The notes under the pieces: model-generated
What the model saw: only the letters and a program-made list of their open reading frames with translations
Told to the model about the DNA's origin: nothing
The model's database searches: none
Position numbers and translations under genes: made by a program
Source of the DNA: an uncultured bacterium
Lineage (GTDB): Bacteria; Patescibacteriota; Minisyncoccia; Phycocordibacterales; UBA11359
Direction of reading: 5' to 3'
DNA: 42,857 nucleotides
NCBI GenBank assembly: GCA_903831815.1
Contig: CAIKZC010000009.1
Location: forward strand, 71,576-114,432
Part shown: one piece after another, positions 18,977 to 27,852 of the stretch
Numbering within the stretch: the first letter of the stretch is position 1
Layout: each line of letters starts with the position of its first letter

Positions 18977-19666
18977 GTGCCTTCGAACTGTTTTTTTACA
19001 AGGGTGTTGTGTATGGATATACAAACAGGGCTTGTCCGAACTAGTGACACTTCTGTACTGACAATGCGTGGAGCGCAGCCAGATGTGCCGCCGGTAACAG
19101 ACGGCGTTAGTTGGGAAGAAATGTGCCAGAGAGAAGGTCATCAACTGGAGATTGATGTCTTTGGCTTTAGCCCAACCTATGATCCAGACAAGATTAGTGC
19201 TTTGCGAGCACAGAAACCGACGTTTTACAGATCAGTGGTGGAGATCTCAAACCGACAGGCGGAACTCGACTGGTCGGCCAAGCATCCTAGCACTGATTTG
19301 GCGGATAACCTTTTCCAGGCAGTGAGCAGAGGATTGCCAAGAAGACTCAAGAGTCAGTTGATGTTTTGCTGTGCACTTGGGACTGTGGTGGATTACTTCT
19401 TTGGAGCCGATGGGTTTCTCGTTCTCGAAACAGCCAGAAGATGTCCTGTGACAATCGACTTGGTGCGAGCCAGAAACTACTGGCAGATACAGAAGAAAAA
19501 GTCCGATTGGCTCATGACCAGGGAAGATCTCGAGGATTACAAGAAAATCCAGAAGTATGGGCTGCGCATGGCACAACGCCTGATCGAGGTAGACGAAGCG
19601 AGAACGGCCAGATTGACAGGAAGAAGGTGGAGAGAAAGGCCTGTCAAAATGATGTTCTGGCATTGA
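18977..19666 (+). CDS. Hypothetical protein (possible PD-(D/E)XK-like fold)
   Basis: GAAGGAG SD; GADGFL...VTIDL segment; terminator at 19695-19727; start codon uncertain. Confidence 0.6.
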   Translation: MPSNCFFTRVLCMDIQTGLVRTSDTSVLTMRGAQPDVPPVTDGVSWEEMCQREGHQLEIDVFGFSPTYDPDKISALRAQKPTFYRSVVEISNRQAELDWSAKHPSTDLADNLFQAVSRGLPRRLKSQLMFCCALGTVVDYFFGADGFLVLETARRCPVTIDLVRARNYWQIQKKKSDWLMTREDLEDYKKIQKYGLRMAQRLIEVDEARTARLTGRRWRERPVKMMFWH

Positions 19667-19694
19667 ACGATGCATCGAAAGAAGCGCAATATCA

Positions 19695-19727
19695 CCGGCA
19701 CGTGTCCATTACGTGCCGGCTTTTTTC
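19695..19727 (+). terminator. Rho-independent terminator
   Basis: CCGGCACGT-gtccatt-ACGTGCCGG-C-TTTTTT. Confidence 0.8.
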
Positions 19728-19786
19728 TATTTTGTTTTCTATAGCAATTTCTTGTAATTTGTCCGTTTTTCTGCCAAGATGAAGGT

Positions 19787-21685
19787 ATGAAAATCATCGA
19801 GGTGATTCCTATTTCTCGTGGCATCGGCAAAGAAACTCTTTCCTATTTTACCGGCGAAGACGTCCAAGCTGGCGCAATCGTTTCCGTGCCCTTGCGCAGT
19901 AAAAGCGTTTCCGGACTGGTGGTCGGTGTTGAGGATGTGGTTGAAAATAAATCATCAATTAAAGCTGCGCCGTACGCCATCAAAAAAATTGAGAAACTTT
20001 CTCATCACGATTTTCTCTCGCCAGAATTTATTGAAAGCGTGGTGGAGACGGCGCGACGATCGGCGTCGACCACTGGCAGTATTTTGAACACCTTAATTCC
20101 AAAAATAATTCTGGAGCAAGCTAAAAAGAAAATCGTCGCGCCGACCACCCCCAACTTCCACCGCATCCACGAAGAATTTGTTTTGCAAGCCGGTTTTGAA
20201 GAGCGAGCCGGTCAATATAAATCTCTGATTCGAGAATCTTTTGCCCGCAAGCAATCTATTTTTGTTTGCACACCTTCGATCCAAGACGCCCGCCGAATAT
20301 ATGACGCTTTGGCCAAAGGTATTGAAAATTATACCGTCCTATTACACACCGGTCTCAGCGAAAAAGTTTTACTTAAAGCTTGGTACGATGCTATCGAAAA
20401 CGAACACCCTATCCTCATTATCGGCACCGGAAAATTTCTCTGCTTGCCTCGCAAAGACATAAGCCTACTTATCATCGAAAAAGAAAACGGCAAAGGTTAC
20501 AAATCCATGCACCGCCCGTTTTTGGACATCAGAACTTTTGCCGAAATTTTTGCTCGCAAAAGTAAAATGAAAATCGTTTACGGCGACATACTCCTCCGAG
20601 TCGAAACACTGTGGCGACACGATTCCGGCGAGTGCCAGGAAATAATTTCGCCGAGTTACAGACTGCGTATGCAAAACACCAACGAACAACTCGTTGATAT
20701 GAAGCCGTACAGTCCATCGCATGGTCGTGAATTTCAAATTCTGAGCGATGAACTCATCGAAACAATTAAAAAAACGATTGAGAAAAAAGAACGCATCGCC
20801 ATATTTACCGTGCGTCGCGGACTGGCACCGCTCACCCTTTGCGGCGATTGTGGCACGATAGTCGAATGCAAAACTTGCCATGCACCGACTTCCCTTCACT
20901 CACATATCGTTGACGGCGAAAAACAATTTTTCTTTTTGTGTCATCGCTGTGGCGAAAAAAGAAGCGCTGAGGAACATTGTAAAAATTGCGATAGTTGGAA
21001 ACTGGTCATGCTCGGCGTCGGTATTCAGGGTTTGGAAAAAGAATTGCAAGAAAAATTTCCCAATGCCCCACTTTTCAAAATAGACAGCGACACCACGCCA
21101 ACCGACAAAAAAATCCAAGCAGTCATGAAAAAGTTTATGGCCGAGCCAGGCGCGATACTTATCGGCACGGAAATGATGGTGCCATATCTCGAACCTATCG
21201 AGCATACGGCGATTGTTTCTATCGACGCGCTGTTTTCATTGCCGGATTTTCGTATTCACGAACGTTTGATGTACACACTCCTCCAGTTGCGTAACGTCGC
21301 GCAAAAATCTTTCATCTTGCAAACACGCGCGGTCGCCGAGCGCATTTTTGATCATGCTCTGCGCTCGAATATTTTGGATTTTTATCGCGACGAGATTCAA
21401 GAACGACAGTCTTTTAATTACCCGCCATTTTCAATTTTGATAAAAATTAGTTTACACGGTCGCAAAGACGCAGTCCAAAAAGAAATGGAAGACATCAAAG
21501 AATACTTGAATCCGCAGGAGTTGTCGCTCTTTCCGGCTTTCATAAAAAACGCGGACGGACAATTCTCCATGCACGGCGTCATAAAAGTACAGCGCAAAAA
21601 ATGGATCGACGAGGAATTACTGTCCAAACTGCGCGCCCTACCACCACAATTTACTATTGCAGTTGACCCAGAGAGTCTATTATAG
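19787..21685 (+). CDS. priA: Primosomal protein N' with degenerate helicase motifs
   Basis: 3'BD N-terminus (VSVPLRSK), four CxxC pairs, RRG, LPDFRIHER, ER..FNYPPF. Confidence 0.88.
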   Translation: MKIIEVIPISRGIGKETLSYFTGEDVQAGAIVSVPLRSKSVSGLVVGVEDVVENKSSIKAAPYAIKKIEKLSHHDFLSPEFIESVVETARRSASTTGSILNTLIPKIILEQAKKKIVAPTTPNFHRIHEEFVLQAGFEERAGQYKSLIRESFARKQSIFVCTPSIQDARRIYDALAKGIENYTVLLHTGLSEKVLLKAWYDAIENEHPILIIGTGKFLCLPRKDISLLIIEKENGKGYKSMHRPFLDIRTFAEIFARKSKMKIVYGDILLRVETLWRHDSGECQEIISPSYRLRMQNTNEQLVDMKPYSPSHGREFQILSDELIETIKKTIEKKERIAIFTVRRGLAPLTLCGDCGTIVECKTCHAPTSLHSHIVDGEKQFFFLCHRCGEKRSAEEHCKNCDSWKLVMLGVGIQGLEKELQEKFPNAPLFKIDSDTTPTDKKIQAVMKKFMAEPGAILIGTEMMVPYLEPIEHTAIVSIDALFSLPDFRIHERLMYTLLQLRNVAQKSFILQTRAVAERIFDHALRSNILDFYRDEIQERQSFNYPPFSILIKISLHGRKDAVQKEMEDIKEYLNPQELSLFPAFIKNADGQFSMHGVIKVQRKKWIDEELLSKLRALPPQFTIAVDPESLL

Positions 21686-21777
21686 AACAGTTTGACAAAC
21701 GTTCACAAAATTTGTAGTTTAAGAGAAGAGTTTTTGTCATTTCCACCAACAATCATGTTCTCTGAAAGGAGACTCGT

Positions 21778-22287
21778 ATGTCGGAATCAGCTAGATTGGA
21801 CGCACTCGAGAAACAGATTGAAACGAGAAAAGCATTTCTGGCAAAAGTGCTGCCTTTTGTGCTTGAAATCGTTCAGGTCTTTGGGGCGGTCAAAACAAGA
21901 GATGTAAGAAGTAATAACACTCACGTCGTAACCGAACTGTGTTACGGTGGATTCCTTTTCAAAACCGATATCGGGCAATCAATGATGGGCGGCAACTCCA
22001 TCGTGGTAACTTACTCAGGAACAATTGTACTCTGGGTTGACAACAACGCCGACGAAAACTTTGGTGTTAATGAGTGTCGAATCAGGGCCTTCAGTGATCC
22101 TGGCGACGGTTGCCATCGAACACTTCTACATATGGCAGAGGAGAAGGTCGAAACAATGGTCATTATTGCCGATGCCATCAAAAAGCAAAATGAGAAAAAG
22201 ACCGAGAAGGAAGAGCAGGAGCTCGCTCAGGTGAGGAGAAAGCGACAGCTTTTGATCGACGCCGAGCGTCTCGGATTGTCAGTCTAA
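21778..22287 (+). CDS. Hypothetical protein (stand-alone unit)
   Basis: TTGACA-17-TAGTTT, AAAGGAG SD, terminator at 22329-22357. Confidence 0.7.
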   Translation: MSESARLDALEKQIETRKAFLAKVLPFVLEIVQVFGAVKTRDVRSNNTHVVTELCYGGFLFKTDIGQSMMGGNSIVVTYSGTIVLWVDNNADENFGVNECRIRAFSDPGDGCHRTLLHMAEEKVETMVIIADAIKKQNEKKTEKEEQELAQVRRKRQLLIDAERLGLSV

Positions 22288-22328
22288 CGTCCGAATTGAA
22301 ATTCAAACACATGGAGTGTATTTTCACG

Positions 22329-22357
22329 AACTGTCCGACCACGCCGGACAGTTTTTT
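22329..22357 (+). terminator. Rho-independent terminator
   Basis: AACTGTCCG-accacgc-CGGACAGTT-TTTT. Confidence 0.8.
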
Positions 22358-22417
22358 ATTGTTTTGTATTTTTGCGTAAATTTTGACGAAAGGCGTATCC
22401 CCTGTTATGATTTGGGT

Positions 22418-22990
22418 ATGGTTAAGATACTTCAGAAAGAGGACAAACTTTTGCGCAAAACCGCCGAAACGGTGGATTTGGCGTTCATTGGCACTCCAGA
22501 ATTCAAGAAAATCACTTCTGACATGCATGACGCCATTATGAGCCAAGATGATGCCGTAGCTGTGGCTGCTCCGCAGATTGGAGTTTTGAAAAGAATCTTT
22601 GCCATTTCCGGTCGCGTTTTTGATAATTTTGAAATAAAGGAAAACCCGCATCCGGATCTCATTTTCGTTAATCCAGAGATCATTAAACTTTCCAAAGACA
22701 AGAAAATTATGACCGAAGGATGTTTATCGGTACGATACTTGTATGGAAAAATTCGTCGAGCTTCGCGCGCGACGATTCGGGCGTATGATGAACACGGCGA
22801 AAAAATAGAACGGGGTGCATCGGGACTTGTAGCGCAAATCTTCCAACATGAAGTTGATCACTTGAACGGCGTGCTCTTTATTGACACCGCCAAAGACTTG
22901 CAAGATATTCCTCCGGAGAAATTACATATTCACAAAAAAGTTGAACCAAAAACCGGACACAAGCCGGAACACAAACATACCCATGAATAA
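22418..22990 (+). CDS. def: Peptide deformylase; start moved to MVKILQ
   Basis: AVAAPQIG, EGCLS, QHEVDHLNG; TTGACG-17-TATGAT ends 6 nt before the ATG. Confidence 0.95.
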   Translation: MVKILQKEDKLLRKTAETVDLAFIGTPEFKKITSDMHDAIMSQDDAVAVAAPQIGVLKRIFAISGRVFDNFEIKENPHPDLIFVNPEIIKLSKDKKIMTEGCLSVRYLYGKIRRASRATIRAYDEHGEKIERGASGLVAQIFQHEVDHLNGVLFIDTAKDLQDIPPEKLHIHKKVEPKTGHKPEHKHTHE

Positions 22991-23894
22991 TTCCGACGCT
23001 CAAAAAATCGCATTTTTTGGCACGCCGCAATTTGCCGTGACAATTTTGGAAGAATTGAAAACCGCCGGTCTCATGCCGGCGCTTATTATCACCGCGCCGG
23101 ACAAACCCCAAGGTCGTGGCATGATTATGACACCCCCACCAGTTAAAGTTTGGGCCGAGATTAACAAGATAAAAGTCATTCAACCGACGACTCTCAAAGA
23201 AAACGCCGATGAGAAAAATTCGCCGATGTCGCAACTCGCCGAACTCACTAACCAACCTTGGGATCTTTTTATTGTCGCCGCTTACGGCAAAATTATTCCG
23301 GAAAACATTTTGGGAATTCCGAAACACAAAACACTTAACGTTCATCCTTCCCTACTACCTAAATTGCGCGGGCCTTCGCCTATTGAAACAACAATTTTAA
23401 ATGATGATCGAGATGTCGGCGTTACCATAATGCGTTTGGATAAAGAAATGGATCACGGGCCGATTGTGGCACAGGAGAAATTGCCACCCGAAAAAAACAC
23501 AGAAGGAAACGAGGTGTGGCCTATTAACGCGACGATTCTCGAAAACGCCGCCGCGATAGCTGGCGGCGCACTTCTCGCCCAAACTATTCCGAATTGGATT
23601 GCCGGAAAAATCGTCGAAAAAGAACAAGATCACACCAAAGCCACTTATTGCAAAAAAATCACAAAAGCAGACGGTCTCATCGACCTTTTCACCGACCCTT
23701 ACCAAAATTATCTCAAGATTTGCGCTTACTCAGGTTGGCCCGGCACACACTTCTTTCAAAAGAGCGTCGGAAAAAACATTCGAGTCACCATCAAAAAAGC
23801 CCACTACAAAGACGGCCAATTAACTATTGAAACTGTAGTGCCAGAAGGCAAATCTGAAATGCCTTATCAAGATTTTTTGCGAGGGATAAAATAA
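22983..23894 (+). CDS. fmt: Methionyl-tRNA formyltransferase; start moved to MNNSDAQ
   Basis: FFGTPQFA, PDKPQGRG, NVHPSLLPKLRGPSP, MDHGPI. Confidence 0.95.
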   Translation: MNNSDAQKIAFFGTPQFAVTILEELKTAGLMPALIITAPDKPQGRGMIMTPPPVKVWAEINKIKVIQPTTLKENADEKNSPMSQLAELTNQPWDLFIVAAYGKIIPENILGIPKHKTLNVHPSLLPKLRGPSPIETTILNDDRDVGVTIMRLDKEMDHGPIVAQEKLPPEKNTEGNEVWPINATILENAAAIAGGALLAQTIPNWIAGKIVEKEQDHTKATYCKKITKADGLIDLFTDPYQNYLKICAYSGWPGTHFFQKSVGKNIRVTIKKAHYKDGQLTIETVVPEGKSEMPYQDFLRGIK

Positions 23895-24253
23895 GAACCG
23901 ACTTGCTGAAAAAGACGTTTAGTTCGAGCGGCACTGCGTCTGATAATATCTTTTCTTTTGGTATTTTGCTTTTTTAATTCACTCAAAATTTCATCTTTCA
24001 CTTCATCAATAGCTGCGTACAAGTCATCATGATCAGCGGAGGCAAACAAACGTTTGTTTGGCAATAAAATAATAATTTCAGCCCTGAACCCTTGTCCTTT
24101 TCGTTGTCTATGGTCTCTCCTAATATCAACTTCGATAAGAGTTTCTGGCGGAACGTTTTGCAATAAGTGTTCAATAGTGACAAGTTTCTTTTCGATATAA
24201 GACGAGATTGAATCCGTTAACTCTATACCATGCGTGTTTGTTCGAATATTCAT
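23867..24253 (-). CDS. hpf: Ribosome hibernation promoting factor (HPF/RaiA, short form)
   Basis: IELTDSISSYIEKKL, DLYAAIDEVKDEI. Confidence 0.88.
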   Translation of the reverse strand: MNIRTNTHGIELTDSISSYIEKKLVTIEHLLQNVPPETLIEVDIRRDHRQRKGQGFRAEIIILLPNKRLFASADHDDLYAAIDEVKDEILSELKKQNTKRKDIIRRSAARTKRLFQQVGSYFIPRKKS

Positions 24254-24327
24254 ACTAAACAATTATTAATTTAATAATGTCGTACTACAACCGCGCTTCT
24301 CTATACTCTATTATACCGAACTTGCCA

Positions 24328-24567
24328 TCACTTTGTTACACTTTTTTCTACATCAACACTTAAAAGTTTGCTTGGCGAGTGGTGACCGCTAATTATTCGC
24401 ACCTGCGCTGGTTTTATTTTGTATTCCCTAGCCACAATTTCTAAGATTCGTTTATTGGCCAAATTTTGTTTGGCTTTTTCGCGCACAAAAATTTTGAAGT
24501 AATTAGGCTTCTCTAAAACCACTTCCTCTTTTTTAGCACCGGCCACTACCCTGACTTTAATATACAT
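24328..24567 (-). CDS. DUF167/YggU-family protein
   Basis: IKVRVVAGAKKE, ANKRILE, IISGHHSPSK. Confidence 0.85.
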   Translation of the reverse strand: MYIKVRVVAGAKKEEVVLEKPNYFKIFVREKAKQNLANKRILEIVAREYKIKPAQVRIISGHHSPSKLLSVDVEKSVTK

Positions 24568-24717
24568 ATATTGATAGTACCATAAATATATAACCCCGCT
24601 GGCAAGACAACGCCTGTATTGCAAACTTGCGTTTTTTAGCTATACTATTCCTTGTAGCCCAAATCCCGCAAATCCTTTTGCCCGAATCAAGCTACTTGTT
24701 TTTTAACAAACAAATAT

Positions 24718-25027
24718 TCCGCGATAGCTCAATGGTAGAGCAATCGACTGTGGTTACGCAGCTTCCTAAAGAAATTTAGGAATGTAAACAAGGTGAATTG
24801 CTGGAAATCCTTTCAAGGACAATCAGCAGCCAAGCGAGACAATCTGTCTAGAAGGTTCAGAGACTATCCCTTCGGGGAGTAGTTCCGTCAGATTCTAAAA
24901 GACGGCACGAAGCGCCTTGCACCTACAACGACAATCCGTCGTCATGGTGATGATATAGTCCATCCCTAGAAGTAATTTTAGGACAAATGTAATCGATTGG
25001 TTCCTGGTTCGAGTCCAGGTCGCGGAG
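24718..25027 (+). tRNA. tRNA-Asn(GTT) interrupted by a group I intron (exons 24718-24751 and 24990-25027)
   Basis: Joined exons TCCGCGATAGCTCAATGGTAGAGCAATCGACTGT|TAATCGATTGGTTCCTGGTTCGAGTCCAGGTCGCGGAG give a perfect 72-nt cloverleaf. Confidence 0.93.
24752..24989 (+). ncRNA. Group I self-splicing intron, 238 nt, no ORF
   Basis: P (GAATTGCTGGAAA), Q (AATCAGCAG), R (TCAGAGACTA), S (GATATAGTCC); P1 CTGT/GCAG with U-G; P3 CAAGGTG/CGCCTTG; terminal G at 24989. Confidence 0.92.
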
Positions 25028-25176
25028 CCTGTATACAAATTAACAATGTGACAATTTTAGGTGTTGCACCTCAGACTAGAATTCGACGGGCAAATTTGAC
25101 ATATCACGTATTGTCTGCTATATTTTTTAAAGTGTTAAGCATGGTCTTTCACTTCACAAACAATAGGAGCTACGCG

Positions 25177-25449
25177 ATGTCCAAACTTAACGGTCCCGTC
25201 TGCCTCGTCACTGTTCCATTCAACCAGTTGGCAAATATGGCCGTCTTTGCCAAAGCCCATCGGCTTCAGACCGTGTTCTACGGTTCGTTCCAGGGAACTT
25301 CTGAGTGGCTAGTGTATTGTCAAATCGGCGAATGGCCGCATGAGTATCCCATGTATCTTGAGGGTACCGGCATTACCATCGAAGACTTTACGGACGATGT
25401 CGTTTTGGCAAGACTCCTGCCACGCACCGAGTGGGAAATCGGTCTCTGA
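25177..25449 (+). CDS. Hypothetical protein
   Basis: TTGACA-17-TATATT, AGGAG SD before MSKLNG. Confidence 0.65.
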   Translation: MSKLNGPVCLVTVPFNQLANMAVFAKAHRLQTVFYGSFQGTSEWLVYCQIGEWPHEYPMYLEGTGITIEDFTDDVVLARLLPRTEWEIGL

Positions 25450-25489
25450 TTGATCGCAAACCACCAACCCAACACGGGAAGGAACTGGG

Positions 25490-25702
25490 GTGCCGCTCAT
25501 TACCTATAAGAGTGACGAGAATGGAAAGAAACTGGCGACAGACTTAGGTCTCAGCCAAGTTGCAACTGTCCGCTTGGCCATCGATTTGTTGGCCAAGCTG
25601 TCGACAGAACTTTCACAAGGAGCGAGATTGCTCATCCGAGGAACAGATGGTAAAGAAAAGGAAATCATCGTTCCACAGTTGAAGACGAAGCGACACAAAT
25701 GA
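25490..25702 (+). CDS. Ribbon-helix-helix/CopG-like small protein
   Basis: KLATDLGLSQVATVRLAIDLL helix pair; GAAGGA SD; terminator at about 25740-25762. Confidence 0.55.
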   Translation: MPLITYKSDENGKKLATDLGLSQVATVRLAIDLLAKLSTELSQGARLLIRGTDGKEKEIIVPQLKTKRHK

Positions 25703-25764
25703 TAGTATCCCTATCGGTTAAAAGTGAACCTTAAACTTTAGAGCTCCACCAGGGGCTTTTTATT

Positions 25765-25790
25765 TTACTTCCCTTTCACACAGGTTCGAA
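25765..25790 (+). repeat. 26-bp direct repeat, copy 1
   Basis: TTACTTCCCTTTCACACAGGTTCGAA; 25 of 26 bases match 26567-26592. Confidence 0.85.
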
Positions 25791-25909
25791 CATTTTCCAA
25801 GATGCGGAGCATTATTGACACACATCATTAAATAATGTACTTTACATCTTGGAAGTTTGCTCTTGGAGTGTTTTCAAGGCAATTAAGGGTAATTAGCAAA
25901 GGAGTCACC

Positions 25910-26494
25910 ATGCCACTCGTACGTCTTGTCCATAAGGGAGTCAGATTCCCAACGCCCACTCGATTAGAGAAGATCAAGGGGATAATCAAGGAAATCGTCG
26001 CTGGAGCGCTGACTTGTCCTGACTCCGGCGGTGAACTGGTTCCGAAGGAAGTGGAAGTTGAAGTGAAGGTTAGCGAACTCGGCGACTCCCTTCACGAACG
26101 TTATGCTGTCATGTTCTATATCGACGCCAACGACTTCCCATCCCGCAAGGAGAATCTGCAGTCGAGGAGTAACGCTATTGCCGTGAAGATCAGCACGATC
26201 CCGGAGTTCCATGGTATGAGCGGGTTCGTCTGGGTCAGACTTTTCCCTGCGGCATTCACCGATTTTGCTCAGACCGCGCAATACGCCAAGTTGCTCGAGC
26301 AATTCGAACAGCGCCGCACCAAGAACCGCAAAATCAAGAGGAAGGACAACACCTCGCTCCGAGCCGGGTCGCCGATGTATTTCTACTGCGTTGGGTGCGG
26401 CGCCGAAATGACCGTACCGGAGAATTACACGGCACGAGCATCAAGCCACTGCGATGCATGCGGTGAACTGAAAAAATTGGGTTTGCTGAAATAG
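25910..26494 (+). CDS. Tautomerase/MIF-like protein (Pro after the initiator Met) fused to a C-terminal Zn ribbon
   Basis: Starts MPLVRL after AAAGGAG; CVGC...CDAC at the C-terminus; TTGACA-17-TACTTT. Confidence 0.6.
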   Translation: MPLVRLVHKGVRFPTPTRLEKIKGIIKEIVAGALTCPDSGGELVPKEVEVEVKVSELGDSLHERYAVMFYIDANDFPSRKENLQSRSNAIAVKISTIPEFHGMSGFVWVRLFPAAFTDFAQTAQYAKLLEQFEQRRTKNRKIKRKDNTSLRAGSPMYFYCVGCGAEMTVPENYTARASSHCDACGELKKLGLLK

Positions 26495-26517
26495 CAGAAC
26501 CCATGCATAAACTCGCA

Positions 26518-26555
26518 AGGCCGCCCGACCACCTAGGTCTGGCGGCCTCTTTTTT
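26518..26555 (+). terminator. Rho-independent terminator
   Basis: AGGCCGCC-cGACC...GGTCt-GGCGGCCT then T-run. Confidence 0.75.
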
Positions 26556-26566
26556 ATACAAAAAAG

Positions 26567-26592
26567 TTACTTCCCTTTCACACATGTTCGAA
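26567..26592 (+). repeat. 26-bp direct repeat, copy 2
   Basis: TTACTTCCCTTTCACACATGTTCGAA. Confidence 0.85.
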
Positions 26593-26697
26593 AGTTTTGT
26601 GTAATAAATCATCTAGTGATACGGCATGGCGTCGGGTTGTTCCGTGTAGCTAGTTCTTTTTGGAGATTAGAGATACAAACACAAGAGGAGGCGCGCA

Positions 26698-26916
26698 ATG
26701 GAGTGTAGCGATCGAAATTGTGACGGGCAGATCTGTATGAACAAAGGAGTTGATTTAAGTATAGGAGCTAGGGCGGTCATGTTCGTGTTTCCGTGTAGCA
26801 AATGCGGGAAGATGCATTATGCCAATGGATCGGAAGCCAAGGTGAGCAATCAAGAAGGAAGGAATATTATTTCGGAGGGAAGCAAAAGCGAGTCGCAATC
26901 ATTAAGATCAAACTGA
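26698..26916 (+). CDS. Small Cys-rich putative Zn-binding protein
   Basis: CSDRNC...CSKC; GAGGAGG SD; terminator at 26954-26982. Confidence 0.6.
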   Translation: MECSDRNCDGQICMNKGVDLSIGARAVMFVFPCSKCGKMHYANGSEAKVSNQEGRNIISEGSKSESQSLRSN

Positions 26917-27064
26917 GGATGTTCGCGTCGATCTGCAGGTGACGATATCTCGAGCCTTGCACGTTTCGTGCAAGGCATTTTTATTGCGTCGCAGTCCGGT
27001 AAATAATCTCGTATTTACACGGCATCATATAAGAAATCTGTTCTCAAAAAATTAAGGAGTTTAT

Positions 27065-27616
27065 ATGGACATCGGCATACAAAGCCCGGAGATTGTTGAG
27101 GCATTACTAGCCAAACGTCATATTCTACTTCAAGGACCTGTTGAGGGCTTGCTTCAGGCGAGAATCACCCGTCTAATACTTTACCTAAACGCTCTTGATG
27201 ACAGACCGATTACACTTCTCATCGACAGCGGTGGAGGAGAAACCGAAACAAGTCTCTTGATTTGTGATGCAATTGAGCAATCACACGCAGTAGTATCGGG
27301 ACTGGTAGTCGCAGACGTATTCTCGGCCGCATTTAGAATCCTTCAATCATGCCACCGAAGATTGGCTTACCCTAGAGCTCGTCTCCAGTTCCATGCACCG
27401 GCAACCAACGGCAAAAGAGTTGATGAAGACAATTGGAATAAGTACATCATTAGGATTCATGAACTTCACGAGGAGCAACTCCACGTTTACGCCAAGAGGA
27501 GCAAACAGTCGATAAGATCGTTGCGAAAATGGGCGAAGGAACAAAAGTTCTTCACGGCAGCCGAAGCACTCAAGCTCGGTTTCCTTGATGAATTGGTCCA
27601 GCCACCCAAGAAGTAA
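27065..27616 (+). CDS. ClpP-like protease (S14 family)
   Basis: LLIDSGGG, FSAA (Ser), FHAP (His), FFTAAEALKLGFLDE. Confidence 0.85.
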   Translation: MDIGIQSPEIVEALLAKRHILLQGPVEGLLQARITRLILYLNALDDRPITLLIDSGGGETETSLLICDAIEQSHAVVSGLVVADVFSAAFRILQSCHRRLAYPRARLQFHAPATNGKRVDEDNWNKYIIRIHELHEEQLHVYAKRSKQSIRSLRKWAKEQKFFTAAEALKLGFLDELVQPPKK

Positions 27617-27852
27617 AGCCACTCAATCTTTTTGGATCACCCAACCTGCTAGGTGGTCCTTTTTTATTCACTTTTTTTATTATCATTATACTTCTTCACT
27701 ATCGAGTTTTGCAGCCGCTTCACGTGTAGAAACCGATTTGCCCATCATAAATAATGTAAATAAAGCGCGTAAAACCGGCGGCAGGATTGGCATCCAAACG
27801 CACCAAGTGCAATCTTTTCTAATTTATAATATAATTTAGTACAACAAATAAT

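Noticed and set aside
329-23830. Numerous short antisense or out-of-frame ORFs nested in murF, the PBPs, mreB, proS, murA, priA, def and fmt
   Set aside because: Shadows of well-supported genes, with no motifs or initiation signals
24752-24989. Homing endonuclease in the intron
   Set aside because: The intron is fully accounted for by ribozyme helices; no ORF
24997-25176. Upstream part of the 150-aa ORF
   Set aside because: Overlaps tRNA exon 2 and a promoter; the SD-supported start is 25177
25765-26592. CRISPR or integron attC interpretation of the 26-bp repeat
   Set aside because: Only two copies about 800 bp apart, not palindromic, no cas or intI gene
27686-27793. 35-aa minus-strand ORF MPILPPVLRALFTLFMMGKSVSTREAAAKLDSEEV
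   Set aside because: No SD or promoter; could be a gene remnant but unsupported
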